Shown here: positions 34,464-43,789 of the stretch, piece after piece
Layout: each line of letters starts with the position of its first letter
Numbering within the stretch: the first letter of the stretch is position 1
Position numbers and translations under genes: made by a program
Notes under the pieces: model-generated
Database searches by the model: none
Told to the model about the DNA's origin: nothing
What the model saw: the letters and a program-made list of their open reading frames with translations, nothing else
Assembly (NCBI GenBank): GCA_965243395.1
Contig: CBDEUS010000001.1
Coordinates: forward strand, 1,152,001-1,216,000
Source of the DNA: Gammaproteobacteria bacterium
GTDB taxonomy: Bacteria; Pseudomonadota; Gammaproteobacteria; UBA4575
Length of the DNA: 64,000 nt
Direction of reading: 5' to 3'

Positions 34464-35066
34464 TCATTCAACATTCACTTCTAAAGTTTTATCCGCAGCA
34501 ACTATTTCTTGTGCAACATCTTCCGTAGTTAAACGACGCTCCATGGCTTTAGACCTAATAAATTCATACGCTTGTTCGCGACTAATGTTATTTGCCCTTT
34601 CAAGTATCGCTATTGCATGCTCAACAGCATGAATATTTCTAATTTTCGTCTCGAGCTTTTGTACCCTAGAACCAAGTATTAATTCTTTACGCCAATGTGT
34701 TCTCGCGATCACCATATTGGCTAATAGGCCAAAAGGTCGAACAGGTGTATTCAGTATTGCATGTGCGCCCAATTCATACGCAGTTTGTAATACGGTCGGA
34801 TTTTCGTAATCAACTATAGCTATGATTGTTGGACTGTTTTTATCATCTGCTAACCATGTAGGCTTTTCAACAAATGGGTGATCTTGCAAAGTCTGCAAAA
34901 AAACTACATCGGTGTTCGATTTAATACGTTTGGGGCAAGGCCATACCATTCGCACCGAGCAACCAATACGTTCTATATGCTGACATATATCACTACCCTG
35001 CTCGTTATTAGGATGAACAACTAATATCCTAAGCTTGCGTAGATCTTTTAATATCTCAATCGCCAT
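34464..35066 (-). CDS. amiR: ANTAR antiterminator AmiR
   Basis: Pseudo-receiver (IERIGC..WP, IVDYENPTVL) plus ANTAR domain (AIAIL...EQAYEFIRSKAMERR). Confidence 0.9.
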   Translation of the reverse strand: MAIEILKDLRKLRILVVHPNNEQGSDICQHIERIGCSVRMVWPCPKRIKSNTDVVFLQTLQDHPFVEKPTWLADDKNSPTIIAIVDYENPTVLQTAYELGAHAILNTPVRPFGLLANMVIARTHWRKELILGSRVQKLETKIRNIHAVEHAIAILERANNISREQAYEFIRSKAMERRLTTEDVAQEIVAADKTLEVNVE

Positions 35067-35068
35067 AT

Positions 35069-36235
35069 TTAACTCAGTTCGCTTTCAAAATATTTCATAC
35101 GACTCAAGCTCTTGTCCGAACCAAGATCAACGAGATATGGATCAGGTTTAACTGGACCATCTGTTTCTGCAACGATTTGGAATTGTCCTGATTTATTTAC
35201 TCGACCAATTTTTGGCCAAAGAAATGTGTGGTTGTTATCAGGATCAATTTGAATAGAACCTTGTGGCGCATCAAATATTGTGCCTAGTGTTGCTGTGCGG
35301 ACAATTTCTGTATCCAATGTGCCTACTCGACGTAACACATCTGCAAAAAGGTGGACTTGAAAATAAGCTGCTTCTGCACAAGCATTAGTACGCAATCTAT
35401 TGCCAAACATTGCTTTATATTTTTTGACAAATTTATAATTTGAAGGTGTTTGTACAGATTCAAAATAGGGTGCTGCAGTAATATGACCCTCCCCTACTTC
35501 CTCTCCCATCGCACTCACTTCTGCTTCACTTGTAGTTAGGCTAGCAATAGGCATTTGCTTTGGTTGCAAACCCGCATTCCAATAACTTTTATAAAATTTA
35601 CTTGTTGCAGACCCTACAATAGTACTGAAAATGACATTGGGTCGTTTTTCTAATATATCAACCAAAATTGGGTCAATATCATTTTTAGTTGCATCTAATG
35701 GAAGATATTTTTCTGCAACAACTTTGCCACCAGCTGAATTCAAAATATCCTTCATAATGCGATTTGACTCATAAGGATAAATATAATTTGAGCCTATAAA
35801 ATAAAATCGATTTCCATATTGATTCAATAAATATCGTGCCAAAAACATACTGTTTTGGTTGGGTGCTGCACCTGTATAAATTACATTTTTTGAATATTCA
35901 AAGCCTTCATAAAGTGTCGGATACCATAAAAGTCCATTATGGTTCTCAACAATCGGTAGCACAGCTTTGCGCGTGCTCGACATATAGCACCCAAAGATTA
36001 TGTTTGCTGAATCTTTTGTAATTAAACGATTTGCTAATCGTCGAAAGTTTTCAGGATTAGACTGGGGATCATAATAAATGGGTTTGATATTTCTACCATT
36101 AACACCCCCATTTGAATTAATTTCACGAATTGCTAATAAGGTAGCATTAAGTTGTGTTTTTTCTATTACAGATGTAACACCTGTTTTAGAAAATAAAATT
36201 CCAACTTTCCAAGAAGATTTGACCACATCAAACAC
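35069..36235 (-). CDS. amiC: Cytoplasmic amide sensor AmiC
   Basis: GILFSKTGVT, FGCYMSSTRKAV, LWYPTLYEGFEYS, GAAPNQ; no signal peptide; adjacent to amiR. Confidence 0.9.
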   Translation of the reverse strand: MFDVVKSSWKVGILFSKTGVTSVIEKTQLNATLLAIREINSNGGVNGRNIKPIYYDPQSNPENFRRLANRLITKDSANIIFGCYMSSTRKAVLPIVENHNGLLWYPTLYEGFEYSKNVIYTGAAPNQNSMFLARYLLNQYGNRFYFIGSNYIYPYESNRIMKDILNSAGGKVVAEKYLPLDATKNDIDPILVDILEKRPNVIFSTIVGSATSKFYKSYWNAGLQPKQMPIASLTTSEAEVSAMGEEVGEGHITAAPYFESVQTPSNYKFVKKYKAMFGNRLRTNACAEAAYFQVHLFADVLRRVGTLDTEIVRTATLGTIFDAPQGSIQIDPDNNHTFLWPKIGRVNKSGQFQIVAETDGPVKPDPYLVDLGSDKSLSRMKYFESELS

Positions 36236-36642
36236 CTCAGGTTACGGGTTGTAATTATTCTATGTGGTATTTAATTAATAAATATTACCTTACGTAACTG
36301 CTTATTTTGAACTAAATTACAAAGTCTCGTCTATGTTTTTAATAATATTTAGGATGATGTAATAACAAATTAATTTTTCTAATCACCACCCAAGCAATTA
36401 ATTTATGATGCTGAGCATGTTCTAATAGTGCAAAAACTAATGACATCTATTGGAAAATGTAATATTCAAGCTATTTCAATATCTAGGAAATAATTTTTCT
36501 TTGAATTTAGTCTTCACGAATATCACTACTTGGTAGTTTTAAAATTGCTTGCTTTTAAATTTATTTCGATGAATAATCTATTTTTATAGACACACTAAAA
36601 TATACTGCTGAAATACTTTAGAATTAATCATTAGCAGTAAAA

Positions 36643-36723
36643 ATAACGAAACCAACAGTGCTTTCGTTATCAGATTTGGCAAAAAAGCCCTCTAGAAACT
36701 AAGGTTTTCTAGGGGGCTTTTTT
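36643..36723 (+). promoter_or_regulatory. ANTAR attenuator 1 upstream of the ABC transporter
   Basis: P1 ATAACGAAAC-C[AACAGT]G-CTTTCGTTAT; P2 GGC[AAAAAA]GCC overlaps terminator AAAAAAGCCCTCTAGAAA...TTTCTAGGGGGCTTTTTT. Confidence 0.85.
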
Positions 36724-36740
36724 GTTTGTGTAATATTTTT

Positions 36741-36814
36741 CTAACAAAACCAAAAACGCTTTTGTTAGCTGTAGGCAATAACGCCTCTAAAGAATTTTCT
36801 TTAGAGGTTTTTTT
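36741..36814 (+). promoter_or_regulatory. ANTAR attenuator 2 (tandem) upstream of the ABC transporter
   Basis: P1 CTAACAAAAC-C[AAAAAC]G-CTTTTGTTAG; P2 AGGC[AATAAC]GCCT overlaps terminator CCTCTAAAGA-ATTT-TCTTTAGAGG-TTTTTTT. Confidence 0.85.
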
Positions 36815-36889
36815 ATGCCAATTAAAAATAAATAAACATTTAAACAAACTTACTTAAGTACATATCAGTCAAGTTCAGGAGGCTTTCAA

Positions 36890-38194
36890 ATGAATCGACG
36901 CAAATTTCTAAAAAAATCTGCTGTCGTAGCGGGAACTGCAGCCGCAGCTACGATCTCTGACTTTCCTTACTTTTTCACAAGAAATTATGCGAAAGCAGCA
37001 GCAGGAGATACTATAAAAATTGGTATCCTGCATTCACTAAGTGGAACTATTGCGATTATTGAACGTTCACTGCATAACGCAGAGTTGTTAGCCATTGATG
37101 AAATCAATGCGGCTGGCGGTGTTATGGGTAAACAATTAGAGCCTGTAATTGAAGACCCACAATCCCTCGTTCAGGTATTCGCAGAAAAAGCGAAGAAACT
37201 TATTCTTGAAGATGAAGTTGTAGCTGTATTAGGTTGTTATACATCTGCGAGTCGTCAATCGGTTTTACCAGTATTTGAGCAACATAATAATGTTCTCTTA
37301 TATCCAACCCTTTACGAGGCACAGGAATGCAGTAAAAACTGTTTCTACACTGGCTGCGTTCCAAATCAGCAACTAGATGATTTTGTTCCATGGCTAATTG
37401 AAAATGTTGGACCTAAGTTTTATATGCTTGGGTCGAATTATATCTATCCAAAAGAAACCAATCGTGAAGTGAAAGCTTTGCTTAAAGCTCATGGTGGTGA
37501 GGATGTTGGAGAAGAATATGCGCCTCTTGGTCATACAGAATTTTCTACTAACATTAACAAAATTGCTTCTAAACAACCTGATGTCGTGTTCTCCGATCTT
37601 GTGGGTGACTCAGTTGTGGCTTTCTACAAACAATTCCGTCAGTTTGGACTAACTGCAGACGATATGATAATTGCCACACCCATTACTACCGAACAAGAGA
37701 CTGCGGCAATGGGACCAGAAAATGCATTAGGTCACTTAACTTCATTCAACTATTTCCAATCAGTTGATACACCAGAAAACAATAAGTTTGTTGAAGCTTA
37801 TAAAGCGAAATATGGTAAAAACGAAGTTACCAATGCAGTGATGGAAGCGGCTTATTTTCAAACACATATGCTTGCGCAAGCAATTGAAAAGGCGGGCTCA
37901 ACAGAAGCCGATGCATTAATTTTTGAAGGTTTACCTGGTCAAGAATTTACTGCTCCAGGTGGAAAAGTCAAAATTGATGAGAAAAATCATCACACGTGGC
38001 TATGGCCGAAAATTGGACGTGCTAATGAACAAGGCCAATTTGACATCATATGGCAACGTGATGATTGGGTGCGCCCTGATCCATGGGTAGACCTATTGTA
38101 TCCAAATAAGGATTGCGATTTTACTAATCCAAGTGTTCTCGAACGATTGAAGTCTGGTGATCCAGATCGTTCAGGAACATTCGATATAAGTTAG
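36890..38194 (+). CDS. urtA: Amide/urea ABC transporter substrate-binding protein (UrtA/FmdD-like), Tat-exported
   Basis: NRRKFLK Tat signal, IKIGILHSLSGT, GCYTSASR, PNQQ. Confidence 0.85.
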   Translation: MNRRKFLKKSAVVAGTAAAATISDFPYFFTRNYAKAAAGDTIKIGILHSLSGTIAIIERSLHNAELLAIDEINAAGGVMGKQLEPVIEDPQSLVQVFAEKAKKLILEDEVVAVLGCYTSASRQSVLPVFEQHNNVLLYPTLYEAQECSKNCFYTGCVPNQQLDDFVPWLIENVGPKFYMLGSNYIYPKETNREVKALLKAHGGEDVGEEYAPLGHTEFSTNINKIASKQPDVVFSDLVGDSVVAFYKQFRQFGLTADDMIIATPITTEQETAAMGPENALGHLTSFNYFQSVDTPENNKFVEAYKAKYGKNEVTNAVMEAAYFQTHMLAQAIEKAGSTEADALIFEGLPGQEFTAPGGKVKIDEKNHHTWLWPKIGRANEQGQFDIIWQRDDWVRPDPWVDLLYPNKDCDFTNPSVLERLKSGDPDRSGTFDIS

Positions 38195-38214
38195 GTCAGC
38201 ATCATGTGTAAAAA

Positions 38215-38240
38215 GGTGGTAGTAATTTTTTACTACCACC
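38215..38240 (+). other. Intergenic stem-loop after the binding-protein gene
   Basis: GGTGGTAGTA-ATTTTT-TACTACCACC perfect 10-bp stem; such stems commonly stabilise SBP mRNA. Confidence 0.55.
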
Positions 38241-38284
38241 CCTTCTAACCTACGTGCCATTTTCTATAAAAAGAAAAATTTGAA

Positions 38285-39154
38285 ATGGAAGCAATCATCA
38301 CTCAATTTCTAAGTGGATTCAGTGTAGTAGCAATTTTAATTATTGCGGCTGTAGGTCTAGCCATAATCTTCGGTGTTGCCGGTGTCATAAACATGGCACA
38401 TGGCGAGTTCATTATGGTTGGTGCCTACACAGCAGCTGTTGTTGGGCAACTCGGTGGTAATACCTTTATTGCTATTCCAGTTGCGTTTGTAGTTGTTGCT
38501 TTACTTGGATTAATTGTAGAGCGATCTGTCATTCAGTGGATTTACGATCGACCGTTGGAAACGTTACTTGCTACCTGGGGTGTTGGGATCATTTTACAAG
38601 TGGTAATGAAATTAATATTTGGCCCAGAGCTATATTATGTTGGTGCACCGAAAATTCTTGACGGTGGCTTTCGAGTTATTGGCTTACTTCCTTTCCCATG
38701 GTACCGATTATTTTTAATCATACTTGCAATTGCACTAATGATAATTACATACCTGGTTATGTTCAAAACTGATTTAGGTTTAAAAGTTAGAGCAGTACGA
38801 AGAAACAGAACCATGTCAGGATGTTTAGGTATCGATACCGCAAGAGTCGATATGATTATTTTTGCGTTTGGCTCTGGATTAGCCGGAGTAGCAGGCGCAG
38901 CACTAGCCCCTATCAAGTCAGTTTCAACCACTATGGGTTTCCCCTACGCAGTGGATTCATTCATGGTTTTAGTGTTAGGAGGTGTTGGAAATCTTTGGGG
39001 TGTGGTTGCAGGTTCATTTTTAATAGGGGAAGCAGAAACGATATTGTCATTTATTTATAACAATGTAATTGGAAAACTTTTAGTTTTCATTTTTATAGTT
39101 TTAGCTATACGTGTATTCCCTAGGGGATTATTTGGGTATCACGAACGAACTTAA
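38285..39154 (+). CDS. urtB: Amide/urea ABC permease (UrtB-like)
   Basis: GLAIIFG..GVINMAHGEFIMVG, RPLETLLATWG. Confidence 0.87.
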   Translation: MEAIITQFLSGFSVVAILIIAAVGLAIIFGVAGVINMAHGEFIMVGAYTAAVVGQLGGNTFIAIPVAFVVVALLGLIVERSVIQWIYDRPLETLLATWGVGIILQVVMKLIFGPELYYVGAPKILDGGFRVIGLLPFPWYRLFLIILAIALMIITYLVMFKTDLGLKVRAVRRNRTMSGCLGIDTARVDMIIFAFGSGLAGVAGAALAPIKSVSTTMGFPYAVDSFMVLVLGGVGNLWGVVAGSFLIGEAETILSFIYNNVIGKLLVFIFIVLAIRVFPRGLFGYHERT

Positions 39155-39166
39155 CAAAAGGAACTA

Positions 39167-40330
39167 TTGAGAAGTGTAGCAATGGTGAATGAAAGAAGTA
39201 TAAATAAAGCACCAATGTTTCCATTACTATCTGTTGTAGTCGCAACAGCTATTGTGCTTGCTATTGCAACATATCCTATGTATGGAGCCGAGTATGTTAC
39301 ATCTTTATTAGGAAAGTTCTTATGCTATGCAATTTTTGCATTAAGTCTAGATTTGATTTGGGGTTTCACTGGAATTTTAAGCTTAGGACAAGCAGTTTAT
39401 TTTGGTATCGGGGCCTATTCAGTCGCACTGTCTCTTAAAATAGATTACGCCTCTACACACCCTACACGTTACGGAGGCACGATCCCTGATTTTATGGAAT
39501 GGAATGGCCTCACTGAGTTGCCAAATTTCATGGCGCCATTGCAAAATTTACCTTTTGCAGTATTTGTTGGCTTAGCATTCGCTACATTTATTGCATTTAT
39601 ATTTGGTGTAATCACATTTAAACGTCACATTTATGGTGTGTATTGTGCAGTAATCACGCTCGCTGAATCTCTCATCCTGCAAGAAGCCATAATTGAATAT
39701 CAGGCCTACACCGGAGGATTCAATGGCATCACAGATTATGGAACACACGCTACTAAATTCTATCTTTGGTTTATTTTAGCTGTAACCATCTTCTTCTTCG
39801 CACTCGGAAGAGTTTTAACTCATTCACGCGTCGGAACAGTATTAAAGTCTATTCGAGATAATGACGTGCGCGCAGAATTTATGGGTTATAACGTTGCCAA
39901 CTATCGAATTTTTGTTTACTGCTTATCAAGCTTTATGGCGGCTAGTGCGGGCGCTATGTATGCAGCGTGGAACGGTATCATATCATTCTTAGATGCGGGG
40001 CCTATATTTTCTATTGAAGCTGTAATTTGGACTGCAGTTGGTGGACGCGGGACTATCATTGGTCCATTCATAGGAGCCTTCTTAGTGAAGGGCTCAGAAT
40101 TTTTCTTAAGTGGAAAACTTGCATGGACTTGGCAACTCATTATGGGTGGTTTGTTTATATTTGTAGTTCTTGTTATGCGAGATGGAATTGTAGGAACAAT
40201 TGGAAAATGGTGGGCGGCAAGAAAAAAACATGCATCTATCAAAGGCACAGTTGCTGAATCAGATGCTACTGCATCTGATCGACAAAAAGACTGGCAACCT
40301 GGACAATCGAAAGGACCTGATGAAATTTAA
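39167..40330 (+). CDS. urtC: Amide/urea ABC permease (UrtC-like)
   Basis: LDLIWGFTGILSLGQ, PDFMEWNG, IWTAVGGRGT. Confidence 0.87.
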   Translation: MRSVAMVNERSINKAPMFPLLSVVVATAIVLAIATYPMYGAEYVTSLLGKFLCYAIFALSLDLIWGFTGILSLGQAVYFGIGAYSVALSLKIDYASTHPTRYGGTIPDFMEWNGLTELPNFMAPLQNLPFAVFVGLAFATFIAFIFGVITFKRHIYGVYCAVITLAESLILQEAIIEYQAYTGGFNGITDYGTHATKFYLWFILAVTIFFFALGRVLTHSRVGTVLKSIRDNDVRAEFMGYNVANYRIFVYCLSSFMAASAGAMYAAWNGIISFLDAGPIFSIEAVIWTAVGGRGTIIGPFIGAFLVKGSEFFLSGKLAWTWQLIMGGLFIFVVLVMRDGIVGTIGKWWAARKKHASIKGTVAESDATASDRQKDWQPGQSKGPDEI

Positions 40331-40358
40331 CAAATAAACTTTTTCATAAAAATTATCA

Positions 40359-41099
40359 ATGACAAACATTCTAGAAGTACAAGGACTCACCACTGAAGTA
40401 AGTGGTTATACAATTCTCGATAACCTGGATTTTAGTATCGAAGAAAATGAGTTACGTGTAGTACTCGGACCCAATGGCGCAGGAAAAACGACGTTGATCG
40501 ATATGATAACTGGTCGTTATAAACCAAAATCTGGAAAAATAATTTTTGACGGTGAAAACATTACCAATAATCCACCTGATAAAATTTTTGTCAAAGGTAT
40601 TAGCCGAAAATTTCAAGTCCCAAATTTATACGAGACATTATCTGTGTACGATAACATCATGGTTTCTTTAAAAGGACGTCGTAAAGTTTTTAAATCATTA
40701 TTTGGAAAAGTAACTAAAAAAGACAATGAAAGAATTTGGGAAATATTAGATTTCATAATGTTGGCAAACAAAGCCGAAGACAGTGTAGATACCCTGGGTC
40801 ATGGGCAAAGACAATGGCTGGAGCTCGGAATGCTTATTGCAGCAGAACCAAAGTTACTGTTATTAGACGAACCAACTACTGGCATGACCGCTGATGGTAA
40901 AGAAAAAACGGCTGAACTCATTCAGAAAATTGCAGAAAACCACGCTGTCATGTTAGTTGAACATGATATGGACATCGTTCGAAAAATTGCGAAAAACGTA
41001 ACTGTGCTTGCACAAGGTCAAACATTAGCAGAAGGTCCGCTTGCTGAAGTAGTAGAAAATGAACAAGTAAAAGCAGTTTATTTAGGTAAAGGACACTAA
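40359..41099 (+). CDS. urtD: ABC ATPase (UrtD-like)
   Basis: GPNGAGKT, RKFQVP, HGQRQWLELGM, LLLDEP. Confidence 0.9.
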   Translation: MTNILEVQGLTTEVSGYTILDNLDFSIEENELRVVLGPNGAGKTTLIDMITGRYKPKSGKIIFDGENITNNPPDKIFVKGISRKFQVPNLYETLSVYDNIMVSLKGRRKVFKSLFGKVTKKDNERIWEILDFIMLANKAEDSVDTLGHGQRQWLELGMLIAAEPKLLLLDEPTTGMTADGKEKTAELIQKIAENHAVMLVEHDMDIVRKIAKNVTVLAQGQTLAEGPLAEVVENEQVKAVYLGKGH

Positions 41100-41798
41100 A
41101 TGAGCTTGGAATTACAAAACATAGATACTTTTTACGGCACGAGCCATATTTTACATGGTGTATCTTTGAATATACCTGAAGGTGCAATGGTAAGTATTTT
41201 GGGCAGAAATGGAGTTGGAAAATCAACTTTACTGAAAAGTATTACAGGAATTAACCCTCCCCAAAATGGCTCGATCCTTTTTAATAATAATGAAATTACT
41301 AACCAAAAAACACATGAGCGTACTCATTCAGGAATAAGTTATGTACCCCAGGGAAGAGAAATTATTCCTGACATATCGATTTATGAAAATTTATTGGTTG
41401 CCATGCGTGGCAAAAAAAATAAAAGCAAAGCAATACCCAATTTTATTTTTGAATATTTCCCGGCCTTAGAACCTATCCAAAAACGCAAAGGTGGTGTTCT
41501 TAGCGGTGGACAGCAGCAACAATTGGCCATTGCACGAGCATTGGTACAAGAACCTAATCTATTATTATTAGATGAACCTACAGAAGGTCTTCAGCCTTCT
41601 GTTGTAGAAGAAATTGACGACATCATAAAACGCATTCATGCGGAAAGAAATTGCTCTATTCTCTTAGTTGAACAAAATTTGGATTTTGTTAGAGACGTTA
41701 CGCAACATTTTGCCATTATGGATCATGGGCAAATTGTTGAAGAAGGAGAAATTGAAAAACTATCAGATCAGCTTGCTAGCCAATACTTATCTGTATAA
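41100..41798 (+). CDS. urtE: ABC ATPase (UrtE-like)
   Basis: GRNGVGKST, YVPQGREI, LSGGQQQQLAIARAL, DEPTEGLQP. Confidence 0.9.
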   Translation: MSLELQNIDTFYGTSHILHGVSLNIPEGAMVSILGRNGVGKSTLLKSITGINPPQNGSILFNNNEITNQKTHERTHSGISYVPQGREIIPDISIYENLLVAMRGKKNKSKAIPNFIFEYFPALEPIQKRKGGVLSGGQQQQLAIARALVQEPNLLLLDEPTEGLQPSVVEEIDDIIKRIHAERNCSILLVEQNLDFVRDVTQHFAIMDHGQIVEEGEIEKLSDQLASQYLSV

Positions 41799-42110
41799 TC
41801 AGAATCTATGAACAAAATTTCTGGCTTGTTGGTCATTGAGTAGTTTAATCACATCAAATAGATAAACATTTCCATCTAAATCAACAGCCTCGATTTTTCC
41901 GGTTCGAGTCCAATTTCCTGCAAAACTAGCAGTAACATTATGTTTGAGCATAACAAACCCACTCACTCGATATTCATTACTATTAGTGAAGACCGCGCCT
42001 TGAATAGGTCCAGAGCTCGATTGGGCTTCTACAAGATATGTTGCTTCCTCAGCAAAAGCTGACGTGCAAAGAAGTAGTAGGATTAGTGCAATCCCTTGCT
42101 TGAATATCAC
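41799..42110 (-). CDS. Small secreted hypothetical protein
   Basis: Signal peptide ending SAFA; GTG at 42110 follows GGAGG. Confidence 0.65.
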   Translation of the reverse strand: MIFKQGIALILLLLCTSAFAEEATYLVEAQSSSGPIQGAVFTNSNEYRVSGFVMLKHNVTASFAGNWTRTGKIEAVDLDGNVYLFDVIKLLNDQQARNFVHRF

Positions 42111-42248
42111 GAGACCTCCATTCAAATAATGGTATATCGAGCTTATCGGAACTTACTCTTATATATATAGAGAATATAGGCTGAATAAGCCTATTTAATA
42201 ATATGAGTGGTTATATTTATTCAGATTAGATACGAAGTGTAAATATGC

Positions 42249-42758
42249 TTAATTGAGCCTATAAATAGACTCTTTATTGAATACTTTATCGATAAAGATA
42301 TTGGCTTTGATATACATATATTTCCATTTAGAGACAGCAATTTCATGGCTACTAAATGATAAATAGGCATTCCCATTTTCAATGCTTATACCTTTTTCAT
42401 GACAGGCAAAATTCAATCGATCATATATATCACAAGCAGAGCTTAATATTCCCGTCCCCTTGCTTGAAAAAACAACCTTTTGCTTATTTGGGAAAACTTT
42501 ATAATTCAATTTAAGTGTACTAAGCTGGTTGGTTCTGCATAGCCTTTGTTCACTTAATTTTTTGTCTTTCTCTCTATACTCCCATACAGATTCGGATTCA
42601 TATTCCTTTTCACATAAAAGTACAAAGATAACTCCCGAGTTAGTGAATATTTTCCATGGTTGCCAATATAAAATAATAAATGCAGTTGCAATTAAAATTA
42701 AAGTAATAATACTTTTATATTTCTGCATTGATAATAAATAACTATTTAACTCAACCAA
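42249..42758 (-). CDS. Hypothetical membrane-anchored protein
   Basis: 169 aa, N-terminal TM helix, four Cys; very AT-rich; overlaps the upstream stop. Confidence 0.55.
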   Translation of the reverse strand: MVELNSYLLSMQKYKSIITLILIATAFIILYWQPWKIFTNSGVIFVLLCEKEYESESVWEYREKDKKLSEQRLCRTNQLSTLKLNYKVFPNKQKVVFSSKGTGILSSACDIYDRLNFACHEKGISIENGNAYLSFSSHEIAVSKWKYMYIKANIFIDKVFNKESIYRLN

Positions 42759-43698
42759 GATTTAAAAGTTTTCTAGTAGATTTTTGATAATATTCTTTAC
42801 CAAATGTATTTAATTTATCCCATTCAGCAATAAACGCTTTTGGCATTTCAGGGATCCAATATTCATCAGAAATTTGCGTGCTAGGATCATGCACTTCATC
42901 TAAATTGATATCAGCGATAATAATACCTTCACCATCTTCTCGGGTCAGATTTGCAACTACATTACCCGCACTATCTACGATCATAGACTCGCCCAAATAA
43001 TGACTTACATATTTTTTTTCTTCACTAGGTGCAGCAAACCCTTCAAAATTTCCAGCATGTCCTGCATGAATAACAGGAACACCGAGTAAATTTGCAAAAT
43101 TAATAGGTGCTGATTTAAGTAACTCTAACGACTTTAATCGTAAAGAATTAAATTTATCAGGTGCAGACTCTGGTAGATTCCACCAACAAGAACCACTTAA
43201 TACAAACTTCACTTTACCAAGCAAACGTTTTGCAGTTCTTGTACGTAGCATTTCCCAACACAATGCAACTCCCACATCTCCAACACTTGTTTCCAACACA
43301 CCATCATCATCACCGCCTATGTAGTAACAATTTTCCCACATAGTAGGTATATCTTTATTGTGCAAACAAATGTTTCCATCAGGAAACACAAGTATAAATG
43401 TGTTAAAAACATCCTTATTTTGTTTAGCAAGAAATGACCCGCCAATAACAACATCAAGCTCACTTGAAAGTTTCTTAAATCGCGTTGCTACTTCACCTTC
43501 TAAAGGCAAAATAGAATCAACCATCTTTGGATGAAATGCACATGCTGAGGTAAAAAATTCAGGTAAAACAATCCAGTCAGCACCCTGCTCCGCAGCTTCG
43601 CGAATAAGTCGCTGTGCTGTTTCTATGTTTCTTTCAACATTGGCTAAATCAGCTTGCATCTGAACAGCCGCAAATTTAATTGTATGAATTTGTGACAT
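42751..43698 (-). CDS. Carbon-nitrogen hydrolase (nitrilase superfamily)
   Basis: AAVQM, VLPEFF (Glu), HNKD (Lys), LCWE (Cys). Confidence 0.88.
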   Translation of the reverse strand: MSQIHTIKFAAVQMQADLANVERNIETAQRLIREAAEQGADWIVLPEFFTSACAFHPKMVDSILPLEGEVATRFKKLSSELDVVIGGSFLAKQNKDVFNTFILVFPDGNICLHNKDIPTMWENCYYIGGDDDGVLETSVGDVGVALCWEMLRTRTAKRLLGKVKFVLSGSCWWNLPESAPDKFNSLRLKSLELLKSAPINFANLLGVPVIHAGHAGNFEGFAAPSEEKKYVSHYLGESMIVDSAGNVVANLTREDGEGIIIADINLDEVHDPSTQISDEYWIPEMPKAFIAEWDKLNTFGKEYYQKSTRKLLNLG

Positions 43699-43789
43699 TA
43701 TGGCTAATTCTTATTTATAATAGACAACATAATAACAACAAAAAGCACTAACAGTTGTTAATTAAATTAGTGCAACACGAGGGGGTTAT

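Noticed and set aside
36643-36814. Repeated hairpins as a mini CRISPR array or REP elements
   Set aside because: Units are not identical repeats with spacers, there are no cas genes, and the structure fits ANTAR attenuators.
36890-41798. Calling the ABC system a dedicated urea transporter
   Set aside because: No urease genes nearby and the leader carries AmiR-type elements; urt symbols are used only as family labels.
42134-42169. Possible sigma28 promoter TATA-N15-TCCGATAA before the small secreted protein
   Set aside because: The -35 match is weak, lies in a TA-repeat tract and has no flagellar context.
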